Assembly (NCBI GenBank): GCA_963712115.1
Contig: CAVQGX010000055.1
Location: forward strand, 1 to 64,000
Length of the DNA stretch: 64,000 bases
Direction: 5' to 3'
From: an uncultured delta proteobacterium
GTDB lineage: Bacteria > Desulfobacterota > Syntrophobacteria > BM002
Part shown: positions 1 to 10,366 of the stretch, in pieces
How positions within the stretch are numbered: position 1 is the first letter of the stretch
How the letters are laid out: each line of letters opens with the position of its first letter
Position numbers and translations under genes: made by a program
Notes under the pieces: generated by a model
What the model was told of the DNA's origin: nothing
Seen by the model: only the letters and a program-made list of their open reading frames with translations
The model's database searches: none

Positions 1-47
1 TCTTCTTTTTTGGATTTGACAGACTCTAGTTTTTCCTTGTCAAACAT
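1..47 (-). CDS. 5' end of a gene running off the window (MFDKEKLESVKSKKE...); N-terminus loosely resembles methylmalonyl-CoA mutase large-subunit starts
   Basis: GAGGAGG RBS 4 nt before ATG at 47; open to the window edge; only 15 codons visible. Confidence 0.4.
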   Translation of the reverse strand, partial: MFDKEKLESVKSKKE

Positions 48-176
48 GCTTCCTCCTCTCTGAATCATCGTGCTGGCTCAGCAAAAGATGTATTTTTATC
101 AAATCGTCAATATCAATTCAACAACATATATTCAGTCCCGAATGCAGCATCGAGCATCCAGTATCCAGCATCGAGT

Positions 177-1232
177 TCAAACTTTGAAGCGAAAAAAGAT
201 GACATCACCGTCCTGGACGATATAGTCTTTTCCTTCCAAGCGCACAACCCCCTGTTTTTGCGCTCCAGCATAGTTGCCGGCCTTTTCTAGATCATCATAG
301 GCGACCACCTCGGCTCGAATGAAACCACGCTCCATGTCCGTATGTACAACGCCAGCTGCTCTCAGGGCAGAGCTACCCTCTTTTATGGTCCAAGCCCGTG
401 CTTCTTGTTCATTTGCGGTGAAAAAGGAAATCAGGCCGAGAAGTCGTGAAGAGGCTTGAATGACCTGCTCCCTGGCGAGGGCCTCGAGCCCGAGCTCCCC
501 CATAAATTCACCGGCCTCCTCTGGAGAGAGCTGCGCCAGTTCCATCTCCAGCTTGCCTACTATTTCCAAGTAAGGCCCCATGGTGCTATCAGTGATTTCT
601 TTCGGGAGGGGTTGCACATCTTCCTCAGGTTGATTGACCAGTATAAGCATAGGTTTCGCTGAGAGGAAACTAAATCCCCGCATAATGGGCACATCCAGTA
701 TATCCGCCAGGGGACGAAGAGAATTGCTGGCCTCGAGGGTTGCCAGACATTGTTCCAACAAGCGCACTTCTTCGGTACTCTCCTTCTTCCCCTTCTTTCT
801 CTCAGTGGCAATGCGTTCAAGTCGCTTCTCTGCAACCAGCAAGTCGGCCAGAATAAGTTCTGTTTCTACCCGTGATATATCGCCCAGTGAATCCGGAGGC
901 CCGTGCAGAGGGTGCTGGAAGTTGCGGACAACATGTACCAGTGCATCCACTGGTCTTATGTGATTAAGAAAAGCCTCTCCCAGTTCTTCACCTCTTTGTG
1001 CGGCGCCGGTCAAACCACCCACATCCACATAGTCCACCGTGGCTTCTGTAACTTTCTTGGGATTGTATAGCTTTGCAAGAAATGGTAGTCGAGGCTCCGG
1101 CACCTTTACCACAGCCAGATTGGGACCCCGTTCAACCGTGGAAAAATCTGAGACCTGCGCGGAACTACTGGTTAGAGCATTAAAAACAGTGGTCTTCCCA
1201 CAGCCAGGAAGTCCGATGATGCCCAGTCGCAT
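177..1232 (-). CDS. ychF: YchF/OLA1 ribosome-binding ATPase
   Basis: P-loop GLPGCGKTT, VPEPRL, DVGGL, C-terminal HTDMERGFIRAEV and LEGKDYIVQDGDVIFFRF. Confidence 0.95.
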   Translation of the reverse strand: MRLGIIGLPGCGKTTVFNALTSSSAQVSDFSTVERGPNLAVVKVPEPRLPFLAKLYNPKKVTEATVDYVDVGGLTGAAQRGEELGEAFLNHIRPVDALVHVVRNFQHPLHGPPDSLGDISRVETELILADLLVAEKRLERIATERKKGKKESTEEVRLLEQCLATLEASNSLRPLADILDVPIMRGFSFLSAKPMLILVNQPEEDVQPLPKEITDSTMGPYLEIVGKLEMELAQLSPEEAGEFMGELGLEALAREQVIQASSRLLGLISFFTANEQEARAWTIKEGSSALRAAGVVHTDMERGFIRAEVVAYDDLEKAGNYAGAQKQGVVRLEGKDYIVQDGDVIFFRFKV

Positions 1233-1261
1233 AGCCTGATCCTCAAAACACCGATTGATAA

Positions 1262-1408
1262 ACTAATTAGTATGCATCCGGAAACCGCGTTTTCGGATGT
1301 CATTCTGAGGAGCAAGGCGACGAATAATCTCATGGTCAAATGGTTCGGCACAGATTCTTCGCTTCGCTCAGAATGACACTGGGTAGTTTCCGGATGGAAA
1401 CTAATTAG
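1262..1408. mobile_element. MITE/REP-like palindromic element
   Basis: ACTAATTAG at both ends (1262-1270, 1400-1408); inverted repeat CATCCGGAAAC/GTTTCCGGATG; inner inverted repeat GTCATTCTGAG (1299)/CTCAGAATGAC (1367). Confidence 0.6.
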
Positions 1409-1837
1409 ACTGCGTAAGTGGGGATGCAGATTTGGGTCAAATATCATTTAGAAGTAGATTTTAGAAGTTCTTCCTTAGAAATTTCCTGAGCGGGAGCCCG
1501 CATTCCGAGCACCGAAAACCTTTGCTGACCCTCCTCTTTTGTGCTAAGGACTTTACAACAGTGCTGCGTGGGTGTCAATGGAATCACGGAAGCGGCATAG
1601 AGCATAGGGTAAGAAGCGAGACGGGCGAGACGGGAGGTCGGGCGAGACGAGGATGTAAATGTGGAAGTCGGAACGCGGAACGCGGAAATATTTCCTGTGC
1701 TCAGAATCAACGGGCTAAACCGTTTACCGTTCACCGTTTACCATTTACGACTTGAACGATTTCAACGGTTTTAACGATCTGACCAATAACGCTTGGCTCT
1801 ATACCCCATGCCCTATGCTAATAAGGAGTTGACTGAA

Positions 1838-2197
1838 ATGACTTTGCAGGAGATTGTGGATGCTATCAAAAAACGTCCTGACTTTGACAGGGTAGGTATG
1901 GTTGCCTGTCATAACGGTGTTGTCAGGGCAACTTCCAGGGATGGTCGTAATGTCAGGGGTTTAGAGATTGAGGTAGACCGTGACCGCCTCGAGACGATTC
2001 TCCTAGAAATGAATGGCCGTGAGGGAATAATCGAAGTGGCGGTCCATTTGATCGAGGGCTATCGGAAGGTGGGTGAAGATGTGATGTTTGTCGCTGTAGC
2101 CGGCGATATACGGGAGCACGTCTTTCCAGTGCTGGAAGAGACAGTGGAGAGGATCAAGAAAGAGGTCACTCAAAAAAAGGAATTCTTCATAGAATAG
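1838..2197 (+). CDS. moaE: Molybdopterin synthase catalytic subunit MoaE-like protein
   Basis: GMVACHNGVVR, VAVAGDIREHVF, ERIKKEV; AAGGAG upstream of ATG 1838. Confidence 0.8.
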   Translation: MTLQEIVDAIKKRPDFDRVGMVACHNGVVRATSRDGRNVRGLEIEVDRDRLETILLEMNGREGIIEVAVHLIEGYRKVGEDVMFVAVAGDIREHVFPVLEETVERIKKEVTQKKEFFIE

Positions 2198-2198
2198 A

Positions 2199-2266
2199 GG
2201 TTTCAGTGTTCAGTGTTCAGGTTTCAGCATTTGTGTTCTTTCTCCTGACACCTGACACCTAAAACC
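2199..2266. repeat. Heptamer-built inverted repeat (GGTTTCAG/GTGTTCAG ... CTGACAC/CTGAAAC); about 10 copies in the window
   Basis: Related copies at ~3062-3138, 3726-3781, 5331-5380, 6024-6101, 22706-22741, 43239-43321, 53775-53859, 60438-60530, 63349-63406. Confidence 0.85.
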
Positions 2267-2284
2267 CAAAGTCGGGTTCTCCTA

Positions 2285-3046
2285 TTATTTACTTTTGATC
2301 TTGCCTATCAAATTTAAAATATTCCCACCCAGGATTTTATCGAGATCGGCCCCAGGTAAATTCAGAGCCTCAACCTTGCGCAGCTCATGTCCCGGTGCGC
2401 CGAAGGGAAAATCACTCCCAAACAATAGTCTTTCTGGGCCGTAGTGCTGGATAAAGTGGCGCATGTGTTCTATGGGTGCCAAAGCTGTGTCGGCATAGGT
2501 GTTGGGGCGTTGCCAGATTCCTGCCCTTTCCAGGGCAGGGTAGGAGCCGTTTAAGGCTCCTAGGTGGGGTATGATAATCACAGCTTCGGGAGCGAGATGT
2601 TCAACAAACCAGCAGGTATTGGTAAAGCTCTCTTCCAAAACCACAGGCATTCGCCGTTTGGTTATTTCCTGAATAATTTCCCCACAGCGGGGATCTTGGT
2701 AGTGATAGACGGGCTCGTTACTGTGGCGATGCCATTTGATCCCACAGTATTTCTGCTGGAGCTCATCAATGGCGAAGTCGTTCCAAACAAAAAGGTAGGG
2801 GAAAATCGACTTGGTTTCGGTTGCCAAATCCAGCAGATAACGATTGGCAGCTTGTCTGGTTTGCATCCACTTTTGGTTGTCCTGGAAATTAGGATTGTAT
2901 CGATCGTAGATATCTTCCACCGGGGCGTACAGACAGACCCCGTCGATGCCAGCATCTTGGAGAAGGGGTGAGATCGCTTCAAAGGGCAGGTCCACGTTCT
3001 GAATGCCGCAGTGAATATGGCTGTCGATTATCTGCATCTCCGCCAC
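2285..3046 (-). CDS. Amidohydrolase-2 family metal-dependent hydrolase
   Basis: IIDSHIH, PHLG, LLFGSDFPF motifs. Confidence 0.85.
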   Translation of the reverse strand: MAEMQIIDSHIHCGIQNVDLPFEAISPLLQDAGIDGVCLYAPVEDIYDRYNPNFQDNQKWMQTRQAANRYLLDLATETKSIFPYLFVWNDFAIDELQQKYCGIKWHRHSNEPVYHYQDPRCGEIIQEITKRRMPVVLEESFTNTCWFVEHLAPEAVIIIPHLGALNGSYPALERAGIWQRPNTYADTALAPIEHMRHFIQHYGPERLLFGSDFPFGAPGHELRKVEALNLPGADLDKILGGNILNLIGKIKSK

Positions 3047-3137
3047 TCAACCTTCTATCAAGGTTTCAGGTGTCAAGGCTTCAGCCATTAGGAAAAAGAC
3101 AACTAACGGGTAAAATCTGAAACCCGAAACCTGAAAC

Positions 3138-3626
3138 CTACTCCACCACAACGACGGCGCAACCTCGTGCTTCCCGAACCACTTTTGTAGAAACGCTCCC
3201 CTGTAAAACCTCACGGACGCGGGAGAGTCCACGTCTACCCAAGATCAGGGTGTGGTATTTGCCGAGCTCTGCTTCCTCGAGAATTGCATCGGGAATTTCA
3301 CCCTTTTTTACCCCAAACTTAGTCTTGATCTGTTCTGGCTCCAGTCCCGCCTTAACGAGGAGATCTTTGGCCTCGCCAAAGAACTCATTCATCTCCTCCT
3401 CATCCTCCACTCGCCAATACAGGCCGGCCAGGTCGGGACGCTCCACCTTGCGAGAATCAATAGTTTTGATTTCCTCTTTATCGAGGTTCATGCGGGAAAT
3501 TGCCGGGAGAATCTGAAAGAGCACCAGTCGAGCTTCTGGGTTTGGTGCAAATAATCTCCCCGCGTATTCAACCGCTCGCCGTGAATTTCGACTGCCATCT
3601 ACGGCAATGAGTACGTTGTGAAGCAT
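3138..3626 (-). CDS. Universal stress protein
   Basis: VLIAVDGS at the N-terminus; LGRRGLS...LQGSVSTKVV. Confidence 0.9.
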   Translation of the reverse strand: MLHNVLIAVDGSRNSRRAVEYAGRLFAPNPEARLVLFQILPAISRMNLDKEEIKTIDSRKVERPDLAGLYWRVEDEEEMNEFFGEAKDLLVKAGLEPEQIKTKFGVKKGEIPDAILEEAELGKYHTLILGRRGLSRVREVLQGSVSTKVVREARGCAVVVVE

Positions 3627-3796
3627 GAGGTTTTTCCTCCCATGTGGTTAAACTTAACCGTATAAGATTGCAGATGTGAGGTCTAAGAAATCGAAGAATC
3701 CAGGAACAAGTGGAACTGAGCATAGGGCTTCAAGTGTCAGGTTGCAGGTGTCATAATTCATAGATTTTAAGCCTGAACCCTGGATTTCCTTTAGTC

Positions 3797-4633
3797 CTAT
3801 AGGCTAGCAAAAAAGCTTTCAATTTTTTTGAAGTAATTGTTACCTCCGACAAAATATGTATCGTTATGTCCGGCGCCTGGTAAAATTACAAATTCTTTGG
3901 GGTTTGGCGCTGCGTCGAAAAGCTTACGACCAAGCTTAATTGGTACTATCCTATCTTTGTCACCGTGGAAAAAGAGGATGGGTACCAGCACCTTGGCAAT
4001 CTGACCCAAAGCATTCAACCGATGTTCTAGCAAAGTCTCAGCGAAAGGAAGAGGATAGTGGGCCCTGGCCATAGCGCCCATGCTGGTAAAAGTCGACTCC
4101 AAAATAAGACCATCGCAGCTTTTCGTAGCTCCCAAATGAGTAGCTGCAATGCCTCCCAGGGATCTTCCAAAAACAACAAGTTTGGAGCCATTTTGTTCAG
4201 CCCATTCTCTGGCCACCTCGTAGGCCGCCTCTGAATCAAGATAGAAACCCTTCTCACTGATGCGGCCTTGGCTGCGCCCGTAACCACGATAATCAAAGAT
4301 AAAGACGCTGATACCCCTGTTGTGGAGTAAGCGCACATTGTCTAGGCGGTGTGAAATATTGCCGGCGTTGCCATGACAGAAAAGGAGCAGGTATTTGGCA
4401 GAAGATGCCGGAATCAACCAGCCGTGCAAGCGCACAGAGTCACTGCTGGTAAACCAGATATCCTCAAATGGGAGGTCCAAGTCCACTGGCGTCTGTTCTA
4501 TGGTGGTGTCAGGGAAAAAAACCTGGCTTTCCACAAACCAATTCCAGCAACCGCTAAGAAAACCCAAGAGTAAGACCCCCAGCAGTAGAGCCCCGATTCG
4601 CAGGACCCTAAGTATAACCTTCTTAATGGCCAT
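3797..4633 (-). CDS. Alpha/beta hydrolase with N-terminal membrane anchor/signal
   Basis: HGNAGN, DYRGYGRS, GRSLGG nucleophile elbow, HGDKDRIVP, GAGHND. Confidence 0.9.
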   Translation of the reverse strand: MAIKKVILRVLRIGALLLGVLLLGFLSGCWNWFVESQVFFPDTTIEQTPVDLDLPFEDIWFTSSDSVRLHGWLIPASSAKYLLLFCHGNAGNISHRLDNVRLLHNRGISVFIFDYRGYGRSQGRISEKGFYLDSEAAYEVAREWAEQNGSKLVVFGRSLGGIAATHLGATKSCDGLILESTFTSMGAMARAHYPLPFAETLLEHRLNALGQIAKVLVPILFFHGDKDRIVPIKLGRKLFDAAPNPKEFVILPGAGHNDTYFVGGNNYFKKIESFFASL

Positions 4634-4804
4634 ATCGCCACCGATTGTGGAGCGAGACGGGCGAGACTGGCGAGACGAGCGAGACGTGAGAAGAAAGATT
4701 CTCAAACCTCTATACTGCGCGACCTCTCTTCGAGTTTATCCTGAGCTTGTCGAAGGACCCGACCTCTCGTCTCGTTGCGCTGAGCGCATTACGCTTAGCG
4801 CTAA

Positions 4805-5215
4805 TCATATTTCCTTAAAGACCTTGGCCAGTGACTCGCCGGCCACGTGGAGCTTCCATTCGTTGAGATAGCCAAAGGGCGTCACTGTAACGGAATATCC
4901 TGCTCTCTCCAGTCGATCACGGGCGTCTTGAACCAATTCCTCGGCAAAATCAGCAGAGGCCTTGCTGTTTGAAAGATGATTAAAGGAATGTAAAATTACT
5001 TTTTTGGAGTCAAATTTTCCAGCGAGCCATTTGATGTTTTTTACAAGCTTGGTTATTACCTTTCCCCGTCTCTCAAGGTCATTAGTCTCAACGTGATAGA
5101 AAACTACCACAGCTTCTTGACAATTGGCCTCCAATTCCTGGTCGTCCACGTGTTCCAGAACCTTTTGGTAGGTTTTGAACCAGAAAGAGGGAGCGTAGAA
5201 AAGAAGGAGTTTCAT
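4805..5215 (-). CDS. Free-standing archaeal-type threonyl-tRNA synthetase editing domain protein
   Basis: MKLLLFYA start, ILHSFNHLSNSKA and TPFGY motifs typical of the archaeal ThrRS editing domain. Confidence 0.75.
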   Translation of the reverse strand: MKLLLFYAPSFWFKTYQKVLEHVDDQELEANCQEAVVVFYHVETNDLERRGKVITKLVKNIKWLAGKFDSKKVILHSFNHLSNSKASADFAEELVQDARDRLERAGYSVTVTPFGYLNEWKLHVAGESLAKVFKEI

Positions 5216-5508
5216 CCGCACAGCCCCTTGGAATAAACTAATCTAAAATCATACAACGGCTGTAAGGTGGTGGTCAACAAAGAGTGGATATTTCCGATTG
5301 CGGATTCCGGATTTCGAATTTGAGATTTAAGGTTTCAGTGTTCAGTATTTGTTTTTCCTGAAACCTGAAACCTGAGACCTAGAGCCCTAGCTTCGAATGA
5401 AGTCTTTTTCCCATTTATGGAATATATTACCCCTTTCAACCAGGCTTGTTTTTTTCTCCTCTCTACTTAAATGCTTGAAATATTGATAAATCGTCGTATC
5501 AATAATTC

Positions 5509-5524
5509 TGGCACAACCTTTGCT
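5509..5524 (+). promoter_or_regulatory. sigma54 (-24/-12) promoter of the PilZ gene
   Basis: TGGCAC-AACCT-TTGCT, matches consensus, 52 nt before the ATG. Confidence 0.75.
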
Positions 5525-5576
5525 CCTAGTTGATTTTCTCTGTTGGCACTTTCTTACCACAAACAAGGATTAAAAT

Positions 5577-5960
5577 ATGGTTAATCCAAAAGAAAGACGG
5601 AACTACCCCAGGGCGAAGATCAAGTTGCCTGTTGTGAAGATGGCTGGAAACGGTCTGGTAAACGGCGAAATTCAAGATCTTAGTCTCGGAGGCGCATTTA
5701 TCCGCTGCTCAGAGATGGTGAACACCAAGGAAAAATTCCACATGGTTATAAGCGCCAAGGGACGGCTAATGTCAATCATTGGAGAGGTGGTGTGGCAAGA
5801 CGTCAACAAGATCAATAACAAGACCACATTGCGCGGAATAGGGGTGCGGTTTAGACAAATATTTAGTGGAGACCGTAGATTTCTTCGGGAGGTGATCGCC
5901 AGTCACCACAGTAACAGACTCACCGCATGGCTTCCAAGAATACTTAGAACCAACCGCTGA
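5577..5960 (+). CDS. PilZ domain protein (putative c-di-GMP receptor)
   Basis: ERRNYPR (RxxxR) and DLSLGG (DxSxxG), GVRF. Confidence 0.9.
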   Translation: MVNPKERRNYPRAKIKLPVVKMAGNGLVNGEIQDLSLGGAFIRCSEMVNTKEKFHMVISAKGRLMSIIGEVVWQDVNKINNKTTLRGIGVRFRQIFSGDRRFLREVIASHHSNRLTAWLPRILRTNR

Positions 5961-6115
5961 CCAAATTCAGACTAACCTTCCTGCCCATTTTGCTTCAAAA
6001 CTCTCAATATATTGTGCTAATTTAGGTTTCAGTGTTCAGGTTTCAGATTTTAGCCGTTATTTGTCTTTTTACTGACACCTGACACCCGAAACCTGAAACC
6101 TGAGGGGAAAGGAGA

Positions 6116-7102
6116 ATGTCGACTTTGGAGCCAAGGGTTGAGGCCGTTATAGGCACTGATATTGGCGGAACTAACATAAAAGTTGTCCTGGTTGATCCGC
6201 GGGGTGGAAGTGTGATTGATCAGGTCGATCTCAAGACTTCCGCCGAATCAGGAGCTGATGCCATAGTCACAGAACTTGGCACAACTCTAGCCACGATGAT
6301 CCATAAAGCAAAAGATGATCGTATCCGAGTTGGAGTAGTGGGAGTAGGGTGTGCAGGGGTTATTGATTTACAGAAGGGAGCGGTCACAGTCTCACCTAAT
6401 CTTCCCGGTTGGGAGGAATTTCCTTTACAGGAAAAGTTAATCCAGATATTGCAGATACCAGTCCGCGTCTACAACGATGTTGATTGTATCGGCTATGCTG
6501 AATACCACCTAGGTGGAGGTGGTGAATTGGGAGATTTCTTATGTATAGCACTTGGGACCGGAGTTGGTGGATCCCTTATTATCGGAGGTGGAGTCTGGAC
6601 CGAAGGAAGCACTACCGCTGGCGAAATAGGCCACATGACCATTCAGCCTGACGGGGAACAATGCCTTTGCGGTAACAGGGGATGCCTGGAAACGCTTGCC
6701 TCGGCAGGTTGGCTTGTTCGAAGGGCTGAGAAACGGTTACGGCAAGGGTTTTCAAGCACCTTGAAAGATAGTCTCGAAAAAATAGGAAGCTTGGATGCTG
6801 AGTCCATTCAGCAAGCAGCACAAGAAGGTGACTCATTGGCTCAAGAACTATTATCCTTAGTTGGTACTAGCCTTGCGATAGCCATCGCCAATGTGGTCCA
6901 ATTGCTTGGTATTCGAAGCGTTCTTATTGCCGGGGGCTTGTCAAATAGTTGGGATCTTTTCATAGGTCCTCTCCAGGAGGAGTTAGAAAGGCGACTTACC
7001 CTGGTTCGGCCAAGTGAGGTGAAAGTGGTTAGAACTACACTAGGATACTATGCTGGAGCTTTAGGCGCAGCCTACCTGGCCGCCGAAGTCGGAGAACTTT
7101 GA
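6116..7102 (+). CDS. ROK family sugar kinase (glucokinase-like)
   Basis: GTDIGGT, LGTGVGG, GEIGH, CLCGNRGCLE. Confidence 0.9.
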   Translation: MSTLEPRVEAVIGTDIGGTNIKVVLVDPRGGSVIDQVDLKTSAESGADAIVTELGTTLATMIHKAKDDRIRVGVVGVGCAGVIDLQKGAVTVSPNLPGWEEFPLQEKLIQILQIPVRVYNDVDCIGYAEYHLGGGGELGDFLCIALGTGVGGSLIIGGGVWTEGSTTAGEIGHMTIQPDGEQCLCGNRGCLETLASAGWLVRRAEKRLRQGFSSTLKDSLEKIGSLDAESIQQAAQEGDSLAQELLSLVGTSLAIAIANVVQLLGIRSVLIAGGLSNSWDLFIGPLQEELERRLTLVRPSEVKVVRTTLGYYAGALGAAYLAAEVGEL

Positions 7103-7135
7103 TGCTCCCGCATCAACCGAGTCAGAGGCAAAACC

Positions 7136-8233
7136 TTGGATAATCTCGTCGCCGTCGCAGACCAATTTAAACCGCAGGGCAAGGTCGTTGCCGTCGAGGA
7201 ATATGGAAATGGCAATGTCAATGACACCTTTCTGGTAACCCTGGATTCCAAAAAAGAGAAACACTTTATCCTTCAACGGATCAACGCCCAGGTGTTTCGC
7301 CAGCCGGAACTTGTCATGCTGAACATGCGTACCTTCAGCGAGCATGTTCGCCAGCGCCTCCAGCGCGCCCGCCTCAGTCCAGGCCGCCGATGGGAAGTGG
7401 TGCGGGTGCTTTCGGCAGAGGACGGTCAGGACCACTGGATTGACCCCGAAGGGTCATTCTGGCGCGGTATTAGCTTTATTGACGGATCGCAGTCCTTCGA
7501 AACCATCGAAGATATTGAGCACGCCCAAGAAGTGGGCCTTGCTCTCGGCATGTTCCACAACCTCCTCAGCGACCTGCCCAGCGAGAGACTGGCAGACACC
7601 CTGGAAGGGTTTCACATCACGCCCCGTTACCTTCACCATTACGATGAAGTCCTGGCACACAACCGCCCGAGGAAATCTCCGGAAGTGGATTATGGTTTGC
7701 AGTTCATTAAGGAGCGAAGGGGATGGGCAAACGTCCTCGAAGATGCCAAAGGGCAGGGCAGGTTACGTCTTCGACCCATTCACGGCGATCCAAAGGTCAA
7801 TAACGTAATGATTGACAACGCCACTGGTCAGGCAATCAGCATTGTTGACCTGGACACAGTCAAGCCCGGACTGGTTCATTACGATATCGGCGACTGCATA
7901 CGCTCGGGCTGCAATCCCCTGGGAGAAGAAACCGAGCAGTGGGAGATGGTTCGCTTCGATCCCGAACTCTGCCAGGCCATTCTGCAAGGCTATCTCTCAT
8001 TGGCAAGAAACTTCCTCACCCAGAACGACTATGAGTATCTGTACGACGCCATTCGTCTAATCTCTTTCGAGCTGGGACTGAGATTCTTTACCGATTATTT
8101 GGAAGGTAATGTTTACTTCAAGGCCAACCACCAGGAACACAATCTTGCCAGGGCACTCGTCCAATTCAAGCTCACCGAGAGCATCGAATCGCAGGAAACA
8201 GCCATCCGGTCCATCATCAGAGAGGTGAGATGA
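7136..8233 (+). CDS. APH-fold phosphotransferase (N-acetylhexosamine 1-kinase-like)
   Basis: GNGNVNDTF, ILQRIN, IHGDPKVNN, VDLDT, GLRFFTDYL. Confidence 0.8.
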   Translation: MDNLVAVADQFKPQGKVVAVEEYGNGNVNDTFLVTLDSKKEKHFILQRINAQVFRQPELVMLNMRTFSEHVRQRLQRARLSPGRRWEVVRVLSAEDGQDHWIDPEGSFWRGISFIDGSQSFETIEDIEHAQEVGLALGMFHNLLSDLPSERLADTLEGFHITPRYLHHYDEVLAHNRPRKSPEVDYGLQFIKERRGWANVLEDAKGQGRLRLRPIHGDPKVNNVMIDNATGQAISIVDLDTVKPGLVHYDIGDCIRSGCNPLGEETEQWEMVRFDPELCQAILQGYLSLARNFLTQNDYEYLYDAIRLISFELGLRFFTDYLEGNVYFKANHQEHNLARALVQFKLTESIESQETAIRSIIREVR

Positions 8234-8769
8234 ACGAATACAACTTTTCCCTTCAGCCATTTACCCCAGCACAACCACTGCTTTCTTTGAAGGTCAAGGG
8301 CAAGATCTTCCGGCGCTCCAACACACTTGCTCTACAATATGCCCTCCTCGGCCATCTGGGGGAGCTTGTTATTCCCACACCGGCAGACATACCAGCCCGG
8401 AAGAACGAACTTTGGAAAGAAACCTGCTTCGAGTTCTTTGTCGCAGTCAGGGATTCGCAACCGTATTGGGAATTCAATCTCTCTCCAGCCGGGCACTGGA
8501 ACGTCTATCGCTTTGCCGGTTATCGGCAAGGGATGGAGGAAGAAAAGGTTTTTACCTCAATGGACTTTAGCGTCCGGAGGCAACCGCAGTCTTTGCGTCT
8601 GGATCTAGAACTCAATTTGGATAAGATCGTTAAGGAAAAGCAACCACTCGAGGTTGCCCTCAGCGCAGTGATCGAACTCAAAGACGGCGAATTGACCTAC
8701 TGGGCATTGACCCATGGCGGACCGCAGGCCGACTTCCACCGTCGAGAAGGTTTCATCGTCAAATTGTAG
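8230..8769 (+). CDS. DOMON-like domain protein
   Basis: LWKETCFEFF, YWEFNLSPAGHWN, YWALTH...DFH; 4-nt overlap with the upstream kinase. Confidence 0.75.
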   Translation: MNEYNFSLQPFTPAQPLLSLKVKGKIFRRSNTLALQYALLGHLGELVIPTPADIPARKNELWKETCFEFFVAVRDSQPYWEFNLSPAGHWNVYRFAGYRQGMEEEKVFTSMDFSVRRQPQSLRLDLELNLDKIVKEKQPLEVALSAVIELKDGELTYWALTHGGPQADFHRREGFIVKL

Positions 8770-9060
8770 GACAGGCTAAGATTTGTTGGATTCTCTTTCA
8801 TATGAGGACAAACTCGGCGAAATATTATGAGATTCTTCGCGGAGAATAGGGTTGTCGGACAACCTCTTTTCCTCTATTATTTATTAATTCAGATATAGTC
8901 CTGCCCAGGACGCGACTCTATGGCAGACGAGTCGACTGCCATACTCCCCATAGGCGCCAAGCTGCACCGGCGCCCCGGTCACTCCAAGAAAGCCCAGGCG
9001 CAACACAGTTGAGTTTCGATTCCTTATATGTCGCAGTGAAGAATAAATAAGGAGGATAAG

Positions 9061-10366
9061 GTGATGACGAACCGCAAAGCATTCATTATTTTAGTTGGGC
9101 TGTTGCTGGCAGTACAGGTATTTTTTGTAAGCACGGTTGCGGCTCAGGAGGGAACGGTAGACTCCAAAGACGTTGAAAGACTGGAACGCCTCATCAAAGA
9201 ACAACAGCAGCAGTTGGAATCCTTGCAGCAACAAGTGAAGCAATTGAAGAAAACAGCTACAGATGCGCAAACCCAGGCCAAAGAAGCCAAGTCTGTGGCC
9301 GAAGAAGCGAAAACAACTGTGCAGGCGCCTGTTGAAAAGGTTGTTACCTCGGGTCAGGAGCGGGTTAAACTCGCCATCTCAGGGCAGGTCAACCGGGCGC
9401 TGAATATGGCCGATGACGGCAAAAACACCAAGGCCTACTACGTGGACAACGACGCCAGCAACAGTCGTATCCGCTTTATCGGCACGGCCAAGGCAACCGA
9501 CGATTTGACCCTCGGCTCGCTAATTGAAGTGGCAATTGCTCCGAATGAATCTGCAGACGTCAGCCAGGGCAACGAAGAAAGCGGCGACTTTTTCGACGAG
9601 CGCTGGGCGCAGGTGTCACTTGACAGCAAGCGCTTCGGCAAGCTTTCCCTCGGCAAGGGTGCCACCGCTTCGTATGGCAGCCCCTGGGTCGATCTGTCCC
9701 GAACCGACGTGGTGCAATACGCCAGCGTCGCGGACATTGCCGCGGGGCTCTTGTTCCGGCAAAAAGATGCTGATGACACCCTCACGGACGTCAGCGTCTC
9801 TGATGCGTTCAACAGCTTCAGCGGCTTGAGCCGGAAAAGCAGGGTGCGCTATGACACGCCCACATTATATGGTTTCCGCCTCGCCGGCTCGCTGATCAGC
9901 GACCAGCGCTACGATGGCACTTTGTGGTGGGGGGGACAAGGCTTTGGCTTTCAAGGCCGCCGGTGCTGTGGCTGTCGCTTTTCCCAATACGGACGACACC
10001 GACCATCAATACGACGGCTCCTTTTCACTATTGCACGAAGCCACCGGCTTGAATCTCACCCTTTCCGCCGGTTTGAAGGAGCGTGACAACCAGGGAGACG
10101 CCAACAACTTTTACGCCAAGATTGGCTGGCTGACGAGATTCTTTTCCTTGGGCGAGACCGCTTTTGGCGTCGACTACGACCGATCGGTTAATCTTCCCAC
10201 GGGCAGGGACGACGGGTATTCGGTCGGTGCGGCGGCGGTCCAGCAGTTCGAGGACTACGGCACTGAGCTTTACATACAGTATCGCCTTTACTCCCTCGAT
10301 CGGGATGTTGAGCCCAATGTCCAGGACATCAACGTGGGAACAATCGGGGCGAGGGTGAAGTTCTAA
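9061..10366 (+). CDS. Outer-membrane porin with N-terminal coiled coil; apparent +1 frameshift at ~9949-9951
   Basis: Signal peptide, Q-rich coiled coil, beta-barrel pattern (SRVRYDTP), C-terminal VKF. ORFs 9061-10086 and 9914-10366 join if one T is removed from TTT at 9949-9951. Confidence 0.75.

Noticed and set aside
15-44. TTTGACA...TGTCAAA inverted repeat as an operator
   Set aside because: It lies inside the probable coding start at 47 on the minus strand, and the spacer is long.
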